Assembly (NCBI RefSeq): GCF_009914755.1
Contig: NC_060936.1
Strand: one strand, 5' to 3'
DNA length: 64,000 nucleotides
From: the human T2T-CHM13v2.0 reference genome, Homo sapiens
In this document: piece after piece, positions 24,383 through 43,879 of the stretch
Layout: the number at the start of each line of letters is the position of its first letter
Position numbering within the stretch: position 1 is the first letter of the stretch
The notes under the pieces: model-generated
What the model saw: only the letters and a program-made list of their open reading frames with translations
The model's database searches: none
What the model was told of the DNA's origin: nothing
Position numbers and translations under genes: made by a program

Positions 24383-24844
24383 CAGTTGACCTTTGAACAA
24401 CCTGGGGGGTTAGGAGAACTGACCTCCTTGCAGTCAAAAATCTGTGTATAACTTTTGACTCTCCCAAAACTTAACTACGAATAGCCTACTGTTGACCAGA
24501 AGCCTTATAGATAAGTCAGTTAACACATATTTTGTATCTTCTGTGTGTTATATACTGTAGCATTATAATAAAGTAAGCTAGAGGAGAAAGTGTCATTAAG
24601 AAAATTATAAGAGAAAATGTATTTACTATTCATTAAGTGAAAGTGGCTCATCACAAAGGCCATCATTCTCATTGCCTTCATGCTGGGTAGGCTGCTGCTG
24701 CTGCTACGAAGGAGGGATTGGTCTTGCTGTCATAGTGGTGGCAGAGGTGCAAGGAGAGGCAGGCACATTCGATGCAACGTTTATGGAAAAAACCTGCATA
24801 CAAGTGGACCCACGCGGTTCAAACCCATGTTGTTCAAGGGTCTG
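24383..24844 (+). mobile_element. Tigger2a/MER28-type DNA transposon derivative
   Basis: TA-cagttgacctttgaacaac ... catgttgttcaagggtctg-TA terminal inverted repeats. Confidence 0.85.
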
Positions 24845-25061
24845 TAGTATTCTGAAAATAGAAGGGACCTGCATACTGGAGAATCTGGAGGGTACATCTG
24901 AATCTATTTCATGTTGTTGGAAAAGGCCTTCCCTGTCTTCCTGGAATTCATTTCCCTGGTCTCCTCTGCCCCCTTCAGAATCACCACATTAGGTACTACT
25001 AGGTTCTCTATGAGTAGCATACAACTTTTGGGGCACCTCTAATTTTAAAGAGGACTTTGTA

Positions 25062-25981
<920 letters not shown>

Positions 25982-26613
25982 TCATTAGTAACACTGCTAT
26001 AAATAAAGTTATAATTCATTGTGTGCGTAAACTGTCTCCTTGGTACTGTCTTAAGGGTTTAGAGACATTATCGTCTTCATTTCTCCCAACAACTCTCTCC
26101 AGTGGCTATTTTCAACTAATCTGTAGATGAGCATTAGGAAAGTAACTGATTTTTAGATAATAAACCTACTCCTTCTCTCCAGGCTGATAAATGATGACAA
26201 GGTTTATGGAAAAGGCTTGGATTCCTGTGTCAGTGGTTGCAAGCCCCAGAGCCCACAGGGCTAAGGCAGGTAATGCACGTGAGTGAGGTAGGCTGGGTGT
26301 TGCACATTAGGTCTTTTCTCCCAGCTCATCAGGTGTTTTTATGTGTTCTGGTCATAGCTTTATAATTCGTTTCATAGTGGCAGCTGTTCTTTTTGTCACA
26401 ATTAAACATGTAGGAATTGTCTTTAAACATGGCCATCTTGGTCTTGTTTTCCCACTTTTAAAAGTTTTTAAGCTCAAACTATGTATTGACCTTTACAAGG
26501 GCCTAGATACACAGCTTGATGAATTTTCAAGTGTACACATCCATGTAAACAGCAGCCAGGTCACAGGGCAGCATCACCAGCATGTCAGAACCACCTCCCC
26601 TGCCCTGTGTTCC

Positions 26614-26712
26614 CTTCCACCCAAGGGTAACCACTCACCTGACTTCTCTTCCACCCAGGGGTAACCACTCACCTGACTTCTCTTCCACCCAAGGGTAACC
26701 ACTCACCTGACT
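26614..26712. repeat. 34-bp tandem repeat, ~2.9 copies, abutting an antisense Alu (~26715-27018)
   Basis: Unit cttccaccca(a/g)gggtaaccactcacctgacttct starting at 26614, 26648 and 26682. Confidence 0.95.
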
Positions 26713-26761
26713 ACTTTTTTTTTTTTTTTTTTTTTTTGGGAGATAGAGTCTTACCCTGTAA

Positions 26762-26956
<195 letters not shown>

Positions 26957-27953
26957 TGATCTGCCCGCCTCGGCCTCCCAAAGTGCTGGAACTACAGGTG
27001 TGAGCCTGCATGCCTGGCCTCACCTGACTTCTAACACCACATTTAGTTTGTTTGTTTTTGAACTGTATATTAAGTGGAGTCAAACAGCACATACTCATGT
27101 GTCTTTGAGTTCTCGTGTATGGCATTATCTGTGAGATTGATCCCTATGAATATGCCACATCTTATCTACTGTTGATGGGAATTGTTGCTAGTTTGTTGAT
27201 AGCCAGTTTGGGACTCTCAGATATAGTGCCACCATAAATGTTTTGTACATCTTCTGAAAAATGTGTCCACATTTTTCCTGAGTATTCATTTGGGAGTGGA
27301 ATTGGTGAGTCATAAGGTATGCATAGATTAGCCTTGGTAGATACTGACAGTTTTCCAAAGTAGTTGTACTGGTTTTCTCACTTTTGATAGTAACTTGTGT
27401 ATGTGGAATGTAGTATTTCACTTTCTTCTTTACCATAAATCAACACCCAGCTGAGATGACATGACAGCAGAACTTGACCCCAGCATGGGCAAGATGATAA
27501 AGACACATTGGGAAATACATGCCATGGCTGGGGTCAGGGTAATAACCACTGCCCCCATTAGCTGGTTGTTGCCCTGTAGGAATGTGGTCCCAGTGTTGTA
27601 AGGTCTTTAGATTTTTTTTTTTAATTGGGAATATGTATTTTTATGTGGACTCCTTCAGTTTTTTCTGCATGAGAAAACCATCCAAGCTGGGCATGGTGGC
27701 ACATGCCTGTACTCCCAGCTGCTGGGGGAGTTGAGGCAGGAGGATCACCTTAGCCCAGGAGTTTGAGACCAGCCTGGGCAAAATAGATTCTGTCTCACTT
27801 AAAAACACCATCCAAAACGTTGGCTTAAAACAACCACGATTTAGCTCACCATTTTGCAGGGTGGCAGCTTGGGCTGGGCATGGGTGAGCTCACTCGTGTG
27901 TCTGAGGTTAGCTGTGGTCACCTAGGCTGCTCTGCTTCTAGGGGTTGGCTAAT

Positions 27954-28004
<51 letters not shown>
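27954..28004. repeat. Compound (TG)n(AG)n microsatellite
   Basis: Seen directly. Confidence 0.93.
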
Positions 28005-28789
28005 AAGAGGTGTGTATCTGGGTTATGAGTCATCATACAGCAGCTTAGCTTAGCCCTAAGTGGGCATTCTCAGAGTTACAAGAGCAGCAAGAGGGCGAGC
28101 CCCAGTGGCCAGATGCAATGGTGCTTTTGAAGTCTGCATAGGTCATGTTTGTTATTCTCATGTGGCCAAGTCCAGAGTCAGTGTGGATTTACCCAAGTGC
28201 TTGGATACAGAGAGACATGAACAAATTTGGGGCCATCACTATGTCAGTCTACCTCAAAAGCTCTTCCAATTTTTAATTGTTGGTAACTAATAAAAATTAA
28301 TAAGATTTTAGGTGCTAACATTGCAGGTTAAACAAAACCTGTCAGTGGGCTAGATCTGCCTTGGGTAACCATTTTATCATCTTTGCCTTGTGCCTTCCCA
28401 AGAATCCTTGCTTGATCCATGGGTGGCTCCTGAAAGGAAGAGTTAGTTCCATTTGAGACTCCCTAGAATCTTTAACAGAAGCTGATCCACTTGACATGAA
28501 TGGGAAATAAAATCTGGTACTACCTTCTTACACTTCCTCCCTGCCCCCGTTTCTTCTCCAACCTTTGGCACTTTCATTAGTGCACCCTGTTGTATTTCTG
28601 GTGCAGTCTCCTCCACTTCAGAGTCTTCAGTATCCATCACTAGAGAGAGAACAACTAATAAGTTAGCAATCAAAAGTGAAGTTGCCTTTGGATGGGTAGG
28701 TGAGCAGTGCTGCCTTGGAGTGTCATCTGGCTGGTATAGGCCAGAACCTCTGATGGGCAAGCAAAGCTGACATGAAAACGCAGGACTCA

Positions 28790-29187
<398 letters not shown>

Positions 29188-29951
29188 TCAGTTGGCACCT
29201 GATAGAGTTCTTAGTATAAGTAAACTAGTGAAAGAACACATCCCTGGTCAGAATTTCAGAGGCAGTAGGCACTTTCTCTGTTGTCTTCTCTTCTCCTCTG
29301 TTCATAAACCCAGGCTTCTTGGAGATAGTGGATATACCTGAGTATAATTGCAAGTGTGCTGCTTTCTTCAGTGGAGTGGCTGTGATACCAACTTGCTTGG
29401 GCTCCATTTTTATTTAGGTGGTGTATCAGGACTCTGGGCTGCAGGCAACAAGCACCCAACCCAAACTGGCTTAAAAACCCAAACTGGAATCTATTGATTC
29501 CTGTAACTGAAAATTCCAGGTGGTAATGTTTGTTCTGGGTGCTTACCTAAGGTAAGTAGGATTTGCCTTCTCTTAATCCTGCTTTCCTTTTGTTGACTTT
29601 ATTCACAGACAGGCTTTCCTCTTGGGGAAAAATGGCTACCAGCAACTCTAGTCTTCTATCTGCTTAGCAACTCAAGGGAAAGAGAGCTGCAAGTCATGAA
29701 CCTAAATTCCCATTGCTGCAAACTGGGTCATGTGTCCACCTTTCAGCCAATCACTGATTCAAATTGTTCAGACTCGAATCCATTGCCCATTCCTGAAGAT
29801 GAAGGTGAGGTCAGCTCTGCCTAAATTGTGTTGACTAAGAGTGGGAGTGGGATGGTTTCCTAAATAGAGGAAGTGGATGTTGGGCAGGAAAAAAGAGCAA
29901 TAACTGATATCCATTTTAGGTGGGTGTGTGACGCAGCACTAACTGAGAATA

Positions 29952-30235
29952 CAGTAGTCCCACCTTATCCACTGGAGATACATTTCAAGACCCCCGGTGG
30001 GTGCTTGAAAATGCAGATAGTACTGAACCCTGTATATGCCATGTTTTTTTTTCCTATATACACAGAGCAATGATAAAGTTTATAAACAAGGCACAGTAAG
30101 AGATTAACAGCAACAACAAAATAGAACAATTACAACAGTATACTATAATGTTATATGAATGTGGGCTCTCATAATACTGTACTGTAAGTAACTGATGCTA
30201 TGGAAAGCAAAACCGCGGATAAGGGGGGACGACTG
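29952..30235 (+). mobile_element. MER44A (Tigger7-derived MITE)
   Basis: cagtagtcccaccttatcc ... ggataaggggggacgactg TIRs. Confidence 0.85.
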
Positions 30236-32899
30236 TGTTTTCTGTTCATCCAACATATATTCATTGATCAGCTCAGTGCTGGGGAATCAGCAGTAAACAG
30301 AATGGCTCCTTGTCCTCAGAGAGCCTAAAGTCTTGTTTCTTTTAACTAAAAGAATGACATTAATGGAGTCAGGACAGTCTTGGCTATGGGGCTGGGCTCT
30401 GCAGTCAAGCAGACCTGAGTTCAGATTCTGGCTCTGCTGTTACCAGTTTGCCTTGGGCAAGTTAATTTCCCCTGCCTTAGCTGTCAAATGATGATGATGT
30501 TAGTACCTATCTCGTGAAGAGGCAATGAAATAGGCATGGAACTTAGCACTGAGCCTGGAGTACAGTAAGGGCCCAATAAATGTAAGCTGGTGCCATTATC
30601 GTTAGTACTCAGAGTTTGCTATGCTATTTTACTTCCTCTTTACTGAAGCTTATCACCGATAAGCCCTTAGCTTCCGCCTCTTGTGAATCCCTGGAGGGCA
30701 GGATCTGTTGCCTTACTGTTCTAACTCCACCTGCCTTACTAGTACAGTAGGGGCCCTATCTATGTTTGTTGAGTTGAAATAATGTGGGCAAAATTGCTGC
30801 TTCTGACTGCGACTTTATAAAGGCTCTATGATTGTTAGAACCCTTGAACATTCAAAGCATCCTTCCAGGTTAAGATATGGAGTTTTAGGTCTGCTGAAAG
30901 TTTTAATACTGCTGGCCAATATTTATCACTCACCATGTCAATATTTAACCTGTCAGATCCTGCATCTGTGTTGCCAACAAGATAGATTTAATGGCTTAAC
31001 CTTCTTCTGTTTTTAAGTTAAACACAAATAAGTAAGCTCCCTAATGTGAACACTTTTCTTCTGGCTAATATGCAGTGAGACAGCAAACCAAACCAAATGT
31101 GTACTCATGAATTGACTTAACTGGAATAACTTCCTTTCCTCTTTCCTGTTCTTTGCCTGCCTTTTAAAGCTCAGCTTGAGTTCTGTCTCCTGTGTTAATT
31201 CTTCCGTGATTTCTCCAGCCCAAATTTCTCCCTTTCCCCCAACTAAAAAGTTCTTATCCTCAGTGCTGTTCATTTTTTCATGTTATTCGTGAATTAGCAG
31301 GCCTCCACTTACGAACCTTTTGAAATGATGCCTGTGTATACTAGAACAACTTGTGACTTACATGCGGTCTTTGTTGGAACGGTCTGCTGCTTGAAGCAGC
31401 TTGGGTTTCATTCATATCCCACAAATATTTATTAAGTGTCTTCTTGGTACCAGCCACTGTTCCAGGCACTGAGAATATAGCATTGAACAAGGCAGAAAAA
31501 AGCCTGTGCCCTTGTGTAACTTACATTCTGGGGAAGAGGGAGTTAGACAATGGACAAATAATTGTCAGGTAATAAATAAATGTTCTGGAGAAGAAATAAG
31601 CAGACAGGATAGAGTGTATCTGCCAGGGGAGGGGCTGTAATTTTAAATAGTGCTGTCCAACAGGGTCTTTCTGGGAAGGTCACATTTCATGGAGAACCTA
31701 AAGGAGGTGAGGAGTGAACATACAGAGATCTGGGGGAGGGGATTCTAGGCCAAGACGGGCAAGTGCAAAGGTTCTGTGGTGACCAGGACCCGCACTTAGT
31801 TTAATGCTCTGTTGCCTTGATCATTTGTAATGATCTTAATCATTTGTGACCAACAGGCCCCCCAAATTCTATAGCCAATCCTGATGGTGGGAATGTGCCT
31901 GCAGTGTTTGGGACCCTTAATGTGAACATCTTTACTCTTTTCACAAACCCACTGTGGTTTCAAAAACCACACCCACTGTGGTACCCCTCTGGGACCTGAA
32001 GCTTCTCCTCTTCCTGTCTTCTCTCCTCGCCATGTCCTAAAGCTCAGATCCCAGTTTAGACTAAAAGGGGGCTCAAAGCAGAGGCCCAGCCCATTTTGCT
32101 TCACACCACCCTCCTTCACCACCACACCCAGCCTCCTGGGATTTCCCCCAGCACTTGCATTTCTTTAGATTGGCATCTTCTACCTTCTTTCCTTGCCAGA
32201 GTCCCCAGGAGAGTGAGAATATGTCTTGAAGCTGGAAAGCCTATTCTCGTAAAAAAAGGATAAATCAAATTCCATGGACATTTATTGTGCATCTACTGTG
32301 TGCAATGCACTGAGCTGGTTAGATTCTATAGTATTATAGTTCACTTATATCACCCGCACATGTGATCAACAAACATTTATTGAATACCTTTTGCTCTTCC
32401 TCATAGCTAGGCATGGGGATTAGGTTAAATGTTAAGAGACGAATTGTTTTTTTGTGGACTGCTTGGGAGCTTAGCCGCTCTTTGTAGCATTGTTTGTTTG
32501 GAGAAATGTTTTCCAGCTTCTATATGGCTGGCTTACTAATGAACTTTGGAGTACCTTAGGGGACGATCTATATTGCCTGTTGTAGTCTCCTGTATTTCAT
32601 TTTACGTGACAATGACTTACCTCTATAAAAGATTTTAGCTCTTTGAGTGTAGACCATTTCTTATATACTTGCTAACAGCACCTCCCTCCCCCTAGCACCT
32701 GGTGTGGCCCTGAATTTAGATAGTATTTTGAACATAAGTTACCTTACTTTAAAAATGTGTTGCTTTTCTGTGTCTGTGAAAATATCATGTGCTCACTGTA
32801 GAAATATTTAGGAAATTCAGAAGAATAGAAGAAAATAAAAGTCTTTAGTAATATAATTGCTTAGAGGCTACCATTGTTAACATTTTGGTGTATTTCTGA

Positions 32900-35090
<2,191 letters not shown>

Positions 35091-38000
35091 CAAAATTACT
35101 TTCTCTAAATATTGTAGCCATGTTGATATTTTTATAGTTTGACCAGATTTCTCTATTTTAATATTTCTAATGTCTTTAATTCCTTTTCCTTCTTCTTGGA
35201 ATATCTTTGTTTCTGAAATGCCAGGTTGTCCATTTTCATGTTTTTAAGTCAGTGTAGAGTTGGGTTAACGTGGCCCATAACTTTTTGGATGGCTATGTGC
35301 TTCGCAGTAGTCTAGGTGGAACACTGATAGCATCTTTATTTATTTATTTTTAATGGACACATTATAATTGTACATATTTATGGGGCACGGTGTCATATAT
35401 GTATACAATGTATATTGACCAAATCAGGGTAATTAATGTATCCATCACCTAAAACATTTATTATTTGTGTTGTAAACATTCAAAATCTGTTCTTCTAGCT
35501 ATTTGAAAATATACAATAAATTGTTGTGAATTATAGTCAACCTGTAGTGCCACAGAGAACCAGAACTCATTCCTCCTGTCTAGCTGCACTTTTATATCCA
35601 TTAACCAACCTCTGTCTGATAGTGTGTTTTAGATAACAAGGTATTTCTCTGCACACTAGTAGCAAGTAGTGTTTTTAACCTACATTTATGAACTGTAGGA
35701 AGTACCCAATCAGAGTGCCTAAGACATTCTGCTGCCCGACAGTAGTAGGATTTATGTGGTTACTAGACCACAGCTTTTGTCCAGGATGTGGCTTCATATC
35801 CTTGTCAGATCATGCACACTAATAAAAGAGGTGTGTTTTCAACCACAGGGCCAAATATGCTCACAACTCTGCCTCTTGTAAGGTGTTTCTCAAATGATAT
35901 TTCCAATAATAACAAACTGAAGTTGATGAATTAGTTACTAAACCTTGAATTTACTCTGGTTTGTCTGGTGGAGTGATGTCACTCATTTACCTGCATTCTA
36001 GTATCCTCCTCAAGTAGGGGAGAGGAAGTAGCTTACCTAGACTAATGTCTCTGGAGGTGTGCTTAAGAAACCTTGGGAATATATTGAACACAGGACTATC
36101 GTGGGTCATGTCTATCACTTTGGTTAAAAAAAAAAAAGATTGAACTTTTCAAAAAATAGATTCTGAAATGGAGATTTGCATGTAGGTGGTTTAGTGGGTT
36201 TTCCTTTCAGAGAGGTCCTGAACTGAGCAAGGGGGCCAGGCCTTTGTACCCAGCCATGGACTAGTCATTGGATACAGGCTGCCTTAGGGGGGTAGGAGGG
36301 GATGCAACCTGGGTGAGTCAGCTTGTTTGGCCAAAGGCATTGCCTAGGAAGGGACTCAGCTGTGAGTCAACAGCAGGCAGCATTTTCATCTAGGGGAATG
36401 AGTGGGACCTGAAGCGGGATCTGAGTGACCCACTGCAGTATCTATGGCAAGGACCATTGATAGAATATGTTGCCAGAATTACTCTAAGTGTGCGGCATGA
36501 AACTTGAGCATTTGGTCTCCTCACCTTGGAGGAGTCTACATATTTCTTAAGATGTGGACCTTCCGTTAGTGTATTGGTTTCTTTTTTTTCCCTGCCATTT
36601 TCCAGTGGTTACCAACATGGAAGGTCATCTACATGAAAGTCTGGGACTTGATCTCTTTTGGAGTTTAGATCATAATTCTGAGAGCACAGTGACTTTTTTT
36701 AAAAAAAAGTTTGGCTGTGTAATGTCGTTTACAAAATTACAATTCAATGCTTTGAAACAGTGGTTGCCCTTCAGAACTTGTAAATGATCAAGAACCATCA
36801 TAATGCATGCATTAACAGTGAGACCAGCATGAGGTCTCATTTTTATTCTTAATAGCATACCTATTTCATAGAGTGGTTATATCTCTTTTACAGATGAGAA
36901 AGCACAGATGCACTTAGCCTGGTGGCTTGTTGGTAAGGTGACTGAACAGGTGTATCAGTTTGAATCTTTGCTCTGAACCTCCATGCTGGGTTGCATCCCA
37001 GGGATTATGGTGGTTGGGATCAAGGATACTGGTGGCAGGGCTAGGGTGATGCCAAGATACGGGCATTGTCTTCCGTGATGAGGATGGAGGCCAGGCCAAC
37101 TGAGTAGGCAAAAGACAGAAGGCTCCTGTTACTAGAGGTAAGACTTTTCTGCACTAGAACAGCTAAAAACAAAGATGATGATGTCCTTTGCCTCATCAGA
37201 ATAGCATCAAGTCCAGACACCAGTTCCTAGTGAGTCTTAAGTGGAACCAATTGAAGAAAGCAATGCCTGCAAGTCTCTAACAGTGAAAGGCTAGATGAGA
37301 CTTCAGTTTCAATGAATGCGGGCTTTTCCTTGCCTTTGTTCTGGTTGTAGGAGGATAAGGAACATTTTTCTCTTGTTTCTTTACCAAGTAGGTAAAGTAG
37401 GCCTCTCCACAATGTCAAAATAATCCAAAAAAGAAAGCAGGAGGAAGACCACGATTGCAAATGAAAGTTTCTTCGTGAGTGTGGCTTTCCTTGGCAAGCA
37501 GTGACTCCCTCCAGTGTTGATTTCAGGAGTCTCAAGTTGTATCTGGGCCGAGAGAGAAAGTGATGCCTCTTTTTCTTGATGAGTGAAGCCAATTAGTTGT
37601 GGGAGGGGATGGAGCCTGACATTAAACCAATGACTTTCCATTATTTTTTTAGGCAAGCACCCCTGAGCCTTCTAATTACAATTGCAGATTTTTTTTCCTG
37701 TTTTTTTCTGTATGGTCAAAATTTCTCTCTTGATTTAACATTCTGTTCCTTCTCTTTGCCCACAGAGAGCTGTCAGCTCTTACTCTTTTTTTCCTCCAGA
37801 GATCCCTTTTGGCCTTCATCCTTTGCACTGTTTTTGCAGTTAAATACCACATTTCCTTTTTATGCTCTGGGCTGTCTTTTAGCCCCGAGACTTCTAGATG
37901 AACAGAAACTTCATTCCAGAAAAATCTTTACTGTGAGTCTTGGCAGGGTCTAAATCAGTGCTTGGACTCCCTTAAAAACATTGAGGTGATTTTTTTTTTG

Positions 38001-39071
38001 TTTTGAGACAGCAGCCTTGCAATACATAAGACCGCTGTATTTGAGTGGTGAATTAACAATTCGCTTGTAAGCAGTAAGTCACTGATGTCAGCCAAAGCTT
38101 ATTAAAAATGGATTTTATTAAGCGAGTGCTGTTGGGACACAGAGTGCAGCTTTTCCTAGCTTTGCAGAAGCACATACCAAAGTGAGCTTTGGCAGGTGGA
38201 TTGGGAACAGGCAGAGGGGTACATACATACATACACTTGGCTTTTTTTCTGTTTCACACTCATATTTCTTTGTGCTACCAGGATCGTCAATGACAGCCTT
38301 ATCTCTCAAATAAAGCCCGTTACCTCATCTCTAATTGCTTATCCAAAGGCAGGCGAGCTCTGATTTCTCTGCATTAATAAATGACACCGAAGAAGAACTG
38401 CTTTGTTTGCACTGGCCCGCTCAGGTTAACCAGTGTAAGCCCCTGAGAGCATTAGGAAACCTTGCACTTCTCCAGTGGCCAAGGAGAGGTGGCGTTCATC
38501 TCCATCAAGAGCAGTGTCTACTTGTTTACTTTTTGCTCATGTTTATAGCCCTGTTCTTTTCCCAGTGAAAACCCCTTAGTGACCTAGAGCAGCTTTTCTC
38601 TAGCTGTGTGTGCTCACTCCCTTCCTAGTTGAGAGTAGTGGTGGTTGTCCTGGGAAGAGGGGTGGCCTCCCTGATTTCAAGCCTCACTTTCTTGGCCGCC
38701 TGCTGCTCACCTTTCCTTAGAGGTCAGGAGGCTTTCCACAGACCTTGACAGTGATTCCTGTGCCGTATACCAGGCTGGAAGATAGCACCCCTGCTGCTTT
38801 GTGAAGCACCATGGGAAATGGTCATATGGGTTTCCTAAGTGAATATAAGGAGTGAAGGCGTGTGGGGGTCAGAGAATGGAGGATGGCTGGCAGATTCTGA
38901 AATAGTTCCATGACTGCCTGGTGAAACAGTATGGATGCCTCCCTCCTGGGAAACAGCCTCATCTATCTTGTTACCACCTAAGAATATCTCTGGTCATTTA
39001 AAGGGCCTGTAAATTTGAGTTATTTTCATATCTAAAAATTATAAACTTCTTTCTTTTTTTTTTCCCCTCAG

Positions 39072-39176
39072 AATGAAATGAATGATGTGCCTTTCTTTGA
39101 TATCCAACTGCCTTACGAATTGGCAATCAATATATTTCAGTATCTGGACAGGAAAGAACTAGGAAGATGTGCACAG
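39072..39176 (+). CDS. FBXW8: FBXW8 coding exon 2 (aa 107-141; N-terminal half of F-box)
   Basis: Polypyrimidine tract plus ctcag acceptor; 105 nt encoding NEMNDVPFFDIQLPYELAINIFQYLDRKELGRCAQ (F-box LPxE..I..YL motif); donor CAG|GTAAGG; in frame with exon 1. Too short for the ORF track. Confidence 0.97.
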
Positions 39177-39671
39177 GTAAGGTGTCACCAACAGATGTTC
39201 CAGATTTTCCTAAATGTGTGATTAAGGTATAGGACTCTCCGGGGTAATAGAAATTTACTCACAGAATTATAAACTTTGCAGAATTAATGAATTGGATGGC
39301 AAGTTTACTTGAAGGAAAGCCACCTTGACCTTAGAGGATTATGTTCCACATCACTACTCGGTGTGTATCTTTCTGTGACCCAAGAGCTCTTTTCTCCCTG
39401 CAGTCTGAGTTATGGCTGACCTGTGGCAGTGTGCTGGTGGCCGACAACTTGGTGCTAAGCCTTTATTGAGCTTGTCTGTGCTGTTAATGCACTCACAGTT
39501 TTTAATGCAAAGATGTGAGCCCTTGGTTAAATCGAGCCTGTTGTTAGGTTGGTAGCTGAGGGGGTCAGCACGAGGACAGAAAATGTTTTAGGTGAAGTCA
39601 TGTTTTAGGTGTATAGTCCAAATTACCCTTTAAACTTTAGGATCTCACTCAGTGAGGTGCAAGGCAGGTGA

Positions 39672-40580
<909 letters not shown>

Positions 40581-40599
40581 GACTGATTTTTCTTTTTTA

Positions 40600-43200
40600 A
40601 AAATTTCATTTTATTTTTTTAAATGGACAAATAAAGTTATATATATGTATCAGGTATAACATGATTTTTGAAATATCTATGCATTGTGGAATGGCTCAGT
40701 TGAGGTAACTAACATGTATTACCTCACATACTTATTTTCTGTGGTGAGAACACTTAAAATCTATCTCTTAGTGATTTTCAAGTATACATCATTAACTGAA
40801 GTCACTGTGTTGTACAGTAGAGCTCTGAACTTATTTCTCTCATCTAACTGAAATTTTGTATCCTTTGACATCTTTCCAGTGTCCCATCCTGCCCCGCCAG
40901 CCACTGGTAACCGCCATTCTACTCTCTACTTCTATGAGCTCAACTTTTTTAGATTCTACATTTAAGTGAGATCATGCAATATTTGTCTTTCTGTGGCTGG
41001 CTTATTTCACTTAACATAATGCCCTCTAGGTTCATCCACCATGTTGTTGTAAATGACATGATTTCCTTCTTTTTTTTTCTAAAGGCTGAATAGTATTCCA
41101 TTGTGTATACATGCCACATTATGTATCATTTATCTGTTGATTCTGTATCTTGGCTGTTGTGAATAATGTTGCAATGAGCCTGGCAGTACAGAGATCACTT
41201 TGACAAACTGATTTCACTTCCTTTGGATGTATACCCAGCAACCAGAATTGCTGAATCATATGGTAGTTATATTTTTAATATTCTAAGGAACCTGTTTCCT
41301 TAATGGCTGTGCTAATTTCCATTCCCACTAACAGTGTGCAAGGGTTCCCTTCTCTCCATGTCTTTGCCAGCACTTGTTTTGTCTTTTTGGTAATAGCCAT
41401 TCTAACAGGTGTAGTTTAATTTGCATTTCTCTGATGATTAGTATTGTTGAGCATTTTTAAATATACCTATTGGCCATTTGTATGTCTTCTTTTGAGAAAT
41501 GTCTATTCAGGTCCTTTGCTCATTTTTAAATTGGGTTTTTTGTCTTCTTGCTATTGAGTTGTTTGAGTTCCTTATGTAATATTTTGGATATTAACTGCTT
41601 ATGAGATATATGGTTTGGAAATATTTTTTCTCTTTTATAGGTTGTCTCTGTATTCTGTTGATTGTTTCCTTTGCTGTACAAAAGCTTTTTAGTTTGATGT
41701 AATCCCATTTGTCTGTTTTTGTTGCCTGTTCTTTTGGGGTCATATCCAAAAAATCATTACCTATACCAGTGTCATGGAGTTTTTCCCCTAAGTTTCTTTC
41801 TCATAGTTTTACAGTTTCAAGTCTTATGTTTAAGATTTTAATCCGTTTTGAACTTATTTTTATTTTTTTTATTGAGACAGAGCCTCACTCTGTTGCCCAG
41901 GCCGGCATGCAGTGGTACAATCGTAGCTCACTGTAGCCTCAAACTTTTGGGCTCACGTGATTCTCCCACCTCAACCTCCCGAGTAGCTGGGACTATAGGC
42001 TCACGCCAACATGCCCAGCTAACTTTTAAATTTTTTGTAAGGACAGGGTCTTGCTTTGTTACCCAGGCTAGTCTCGAACTCCTGGCTTCAAGTAAGAGTT
42101 CACTTCTTTATAATAGTGTGAGATGGGATCTAATTTCATTCTTCTGTATGTGGATATCCAGTTCTCACAACACCATTTATTGGAGACTTTTTTCCCCATT
42201 GTGTGTTGTTAGCACCTTCATTGAAAATCAGTTGACTGTAAATGCACAGGCTTATTTCTGGGCTCTCAGTTCTGTTTTACTGGTCTATATATCTGTTTTT
42301 ATGCCAGTGACATGCTGTGTACATTGCTATAGCTTTGTAGTATATTTTGAAATGAGGTATTGTGATGCCTCCAGCATTGTTCTTTTTGCTCAGGATTGCT
42401 TTGGCTATTTGCAGTGTTTTGTGTTTTTATGCAAATTTTATCTTTTTTTTTTCCTGTATCTGTGAAAATGTCTTTGGAATTTTTATAGAGATTGCATTTC
42501 ACTCACTTTGAGTAGTATGGACATTTTGATAATATTCTTCCAATCCATGAACATGGAATATCTTTCTATTTATTTGTATCATCTGTTTTCTCCTTAGTGT
42601 TTTATAGTTTTCAGCATACTGGTCTTTAGCTTCCTTGGTTGAATTTGTTCCTAAGTATTTATTTTTGGTGTGGCTATTGTGAATGGGATTATTTTCTTGA
42701 TTTCTTTTACAGATAGCTTGTTGTTAGTATATAGAAACTCTACTGATTTTTGTATATTGATTTTGTACCCATAACTGAATTTGTTTATTAGTTTCTTGGT
42801 GGAGTATTTAGGGTTTCCTATGTTTATGTTTATATTGTCTGTAAACAGGAACAGATTAACTTCCTCCTTTCTGCTTGGATGCCTTTTATTTCTTTCTGTT
42901 GCCTAATTGCTGTGACTAAGACTTCTAGTACTATGTTGAATGGAAATGGTGAGAGTGTGCATCCTTGTCTTATTCCTGAAGAAAAGCTTTCAACTTTTTA
43001 CTAAGTATGACTTTAGCTTTGGTTTTGTCACATGTGGCCTTTATTGTGTTAAAGTACATTTCTTCTATACCTCATTTATTAAGAGTTTTTATCATGAAAG
43101 GATCTTGAATTTTGTCAGATGCTTTTTCTGCACCTGAGGTGATCACATCGTTTTTCTCCTTCATTCTGTTAATGCATTGTATTACATTTATAGATTTCTG
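40600..43200 (-). mobile_element. Old LINE-1 (L1M-type) 3' UTR and ORF2 end, interrupted by an Alu (~41855-42092)
   Basis: Antisense L1 motifs such as gagatcatgcaatatttgtctttctgtg, ttgagaaatgtctattcaggtcctttgc, ccaatccatgaacatgg. Explains the 205-aa ORF at 41848..42465. Confidence 0.88.
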
Positions 43201-43490
43201 TTGATTTTTCGTAAGTTAAATGGGTGTATGATTGCTAACCATTTGGCCTTTGATGGACAACTGTATTCTCTAGGAGACACTGGAGTATCCATTCTCCATA
43301 ACTGCCAAAAAATTAGTTTGTTTAGTGGTTAGCATTTTCATCCCTGGATTCTATACTGCATTTTACACAGGTGTTTACAGCTTCAAGAGCAAGGGTTTGC
43401 AAAATTCACTGGTAGGAAAACTGAACATAAAATTCAAAGCACCAGCAAGACTATGAAGTTCAGCATATGAAGGCGGTTTGAGAGTGGTGA

Positions 43491-43879
<389 letters not shown>

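Noticed and set aside
41848-42465. 205-aa ORF, the longest in the window
   Set aside because: Chimera of antisense Alu and antisense L1 sequence.
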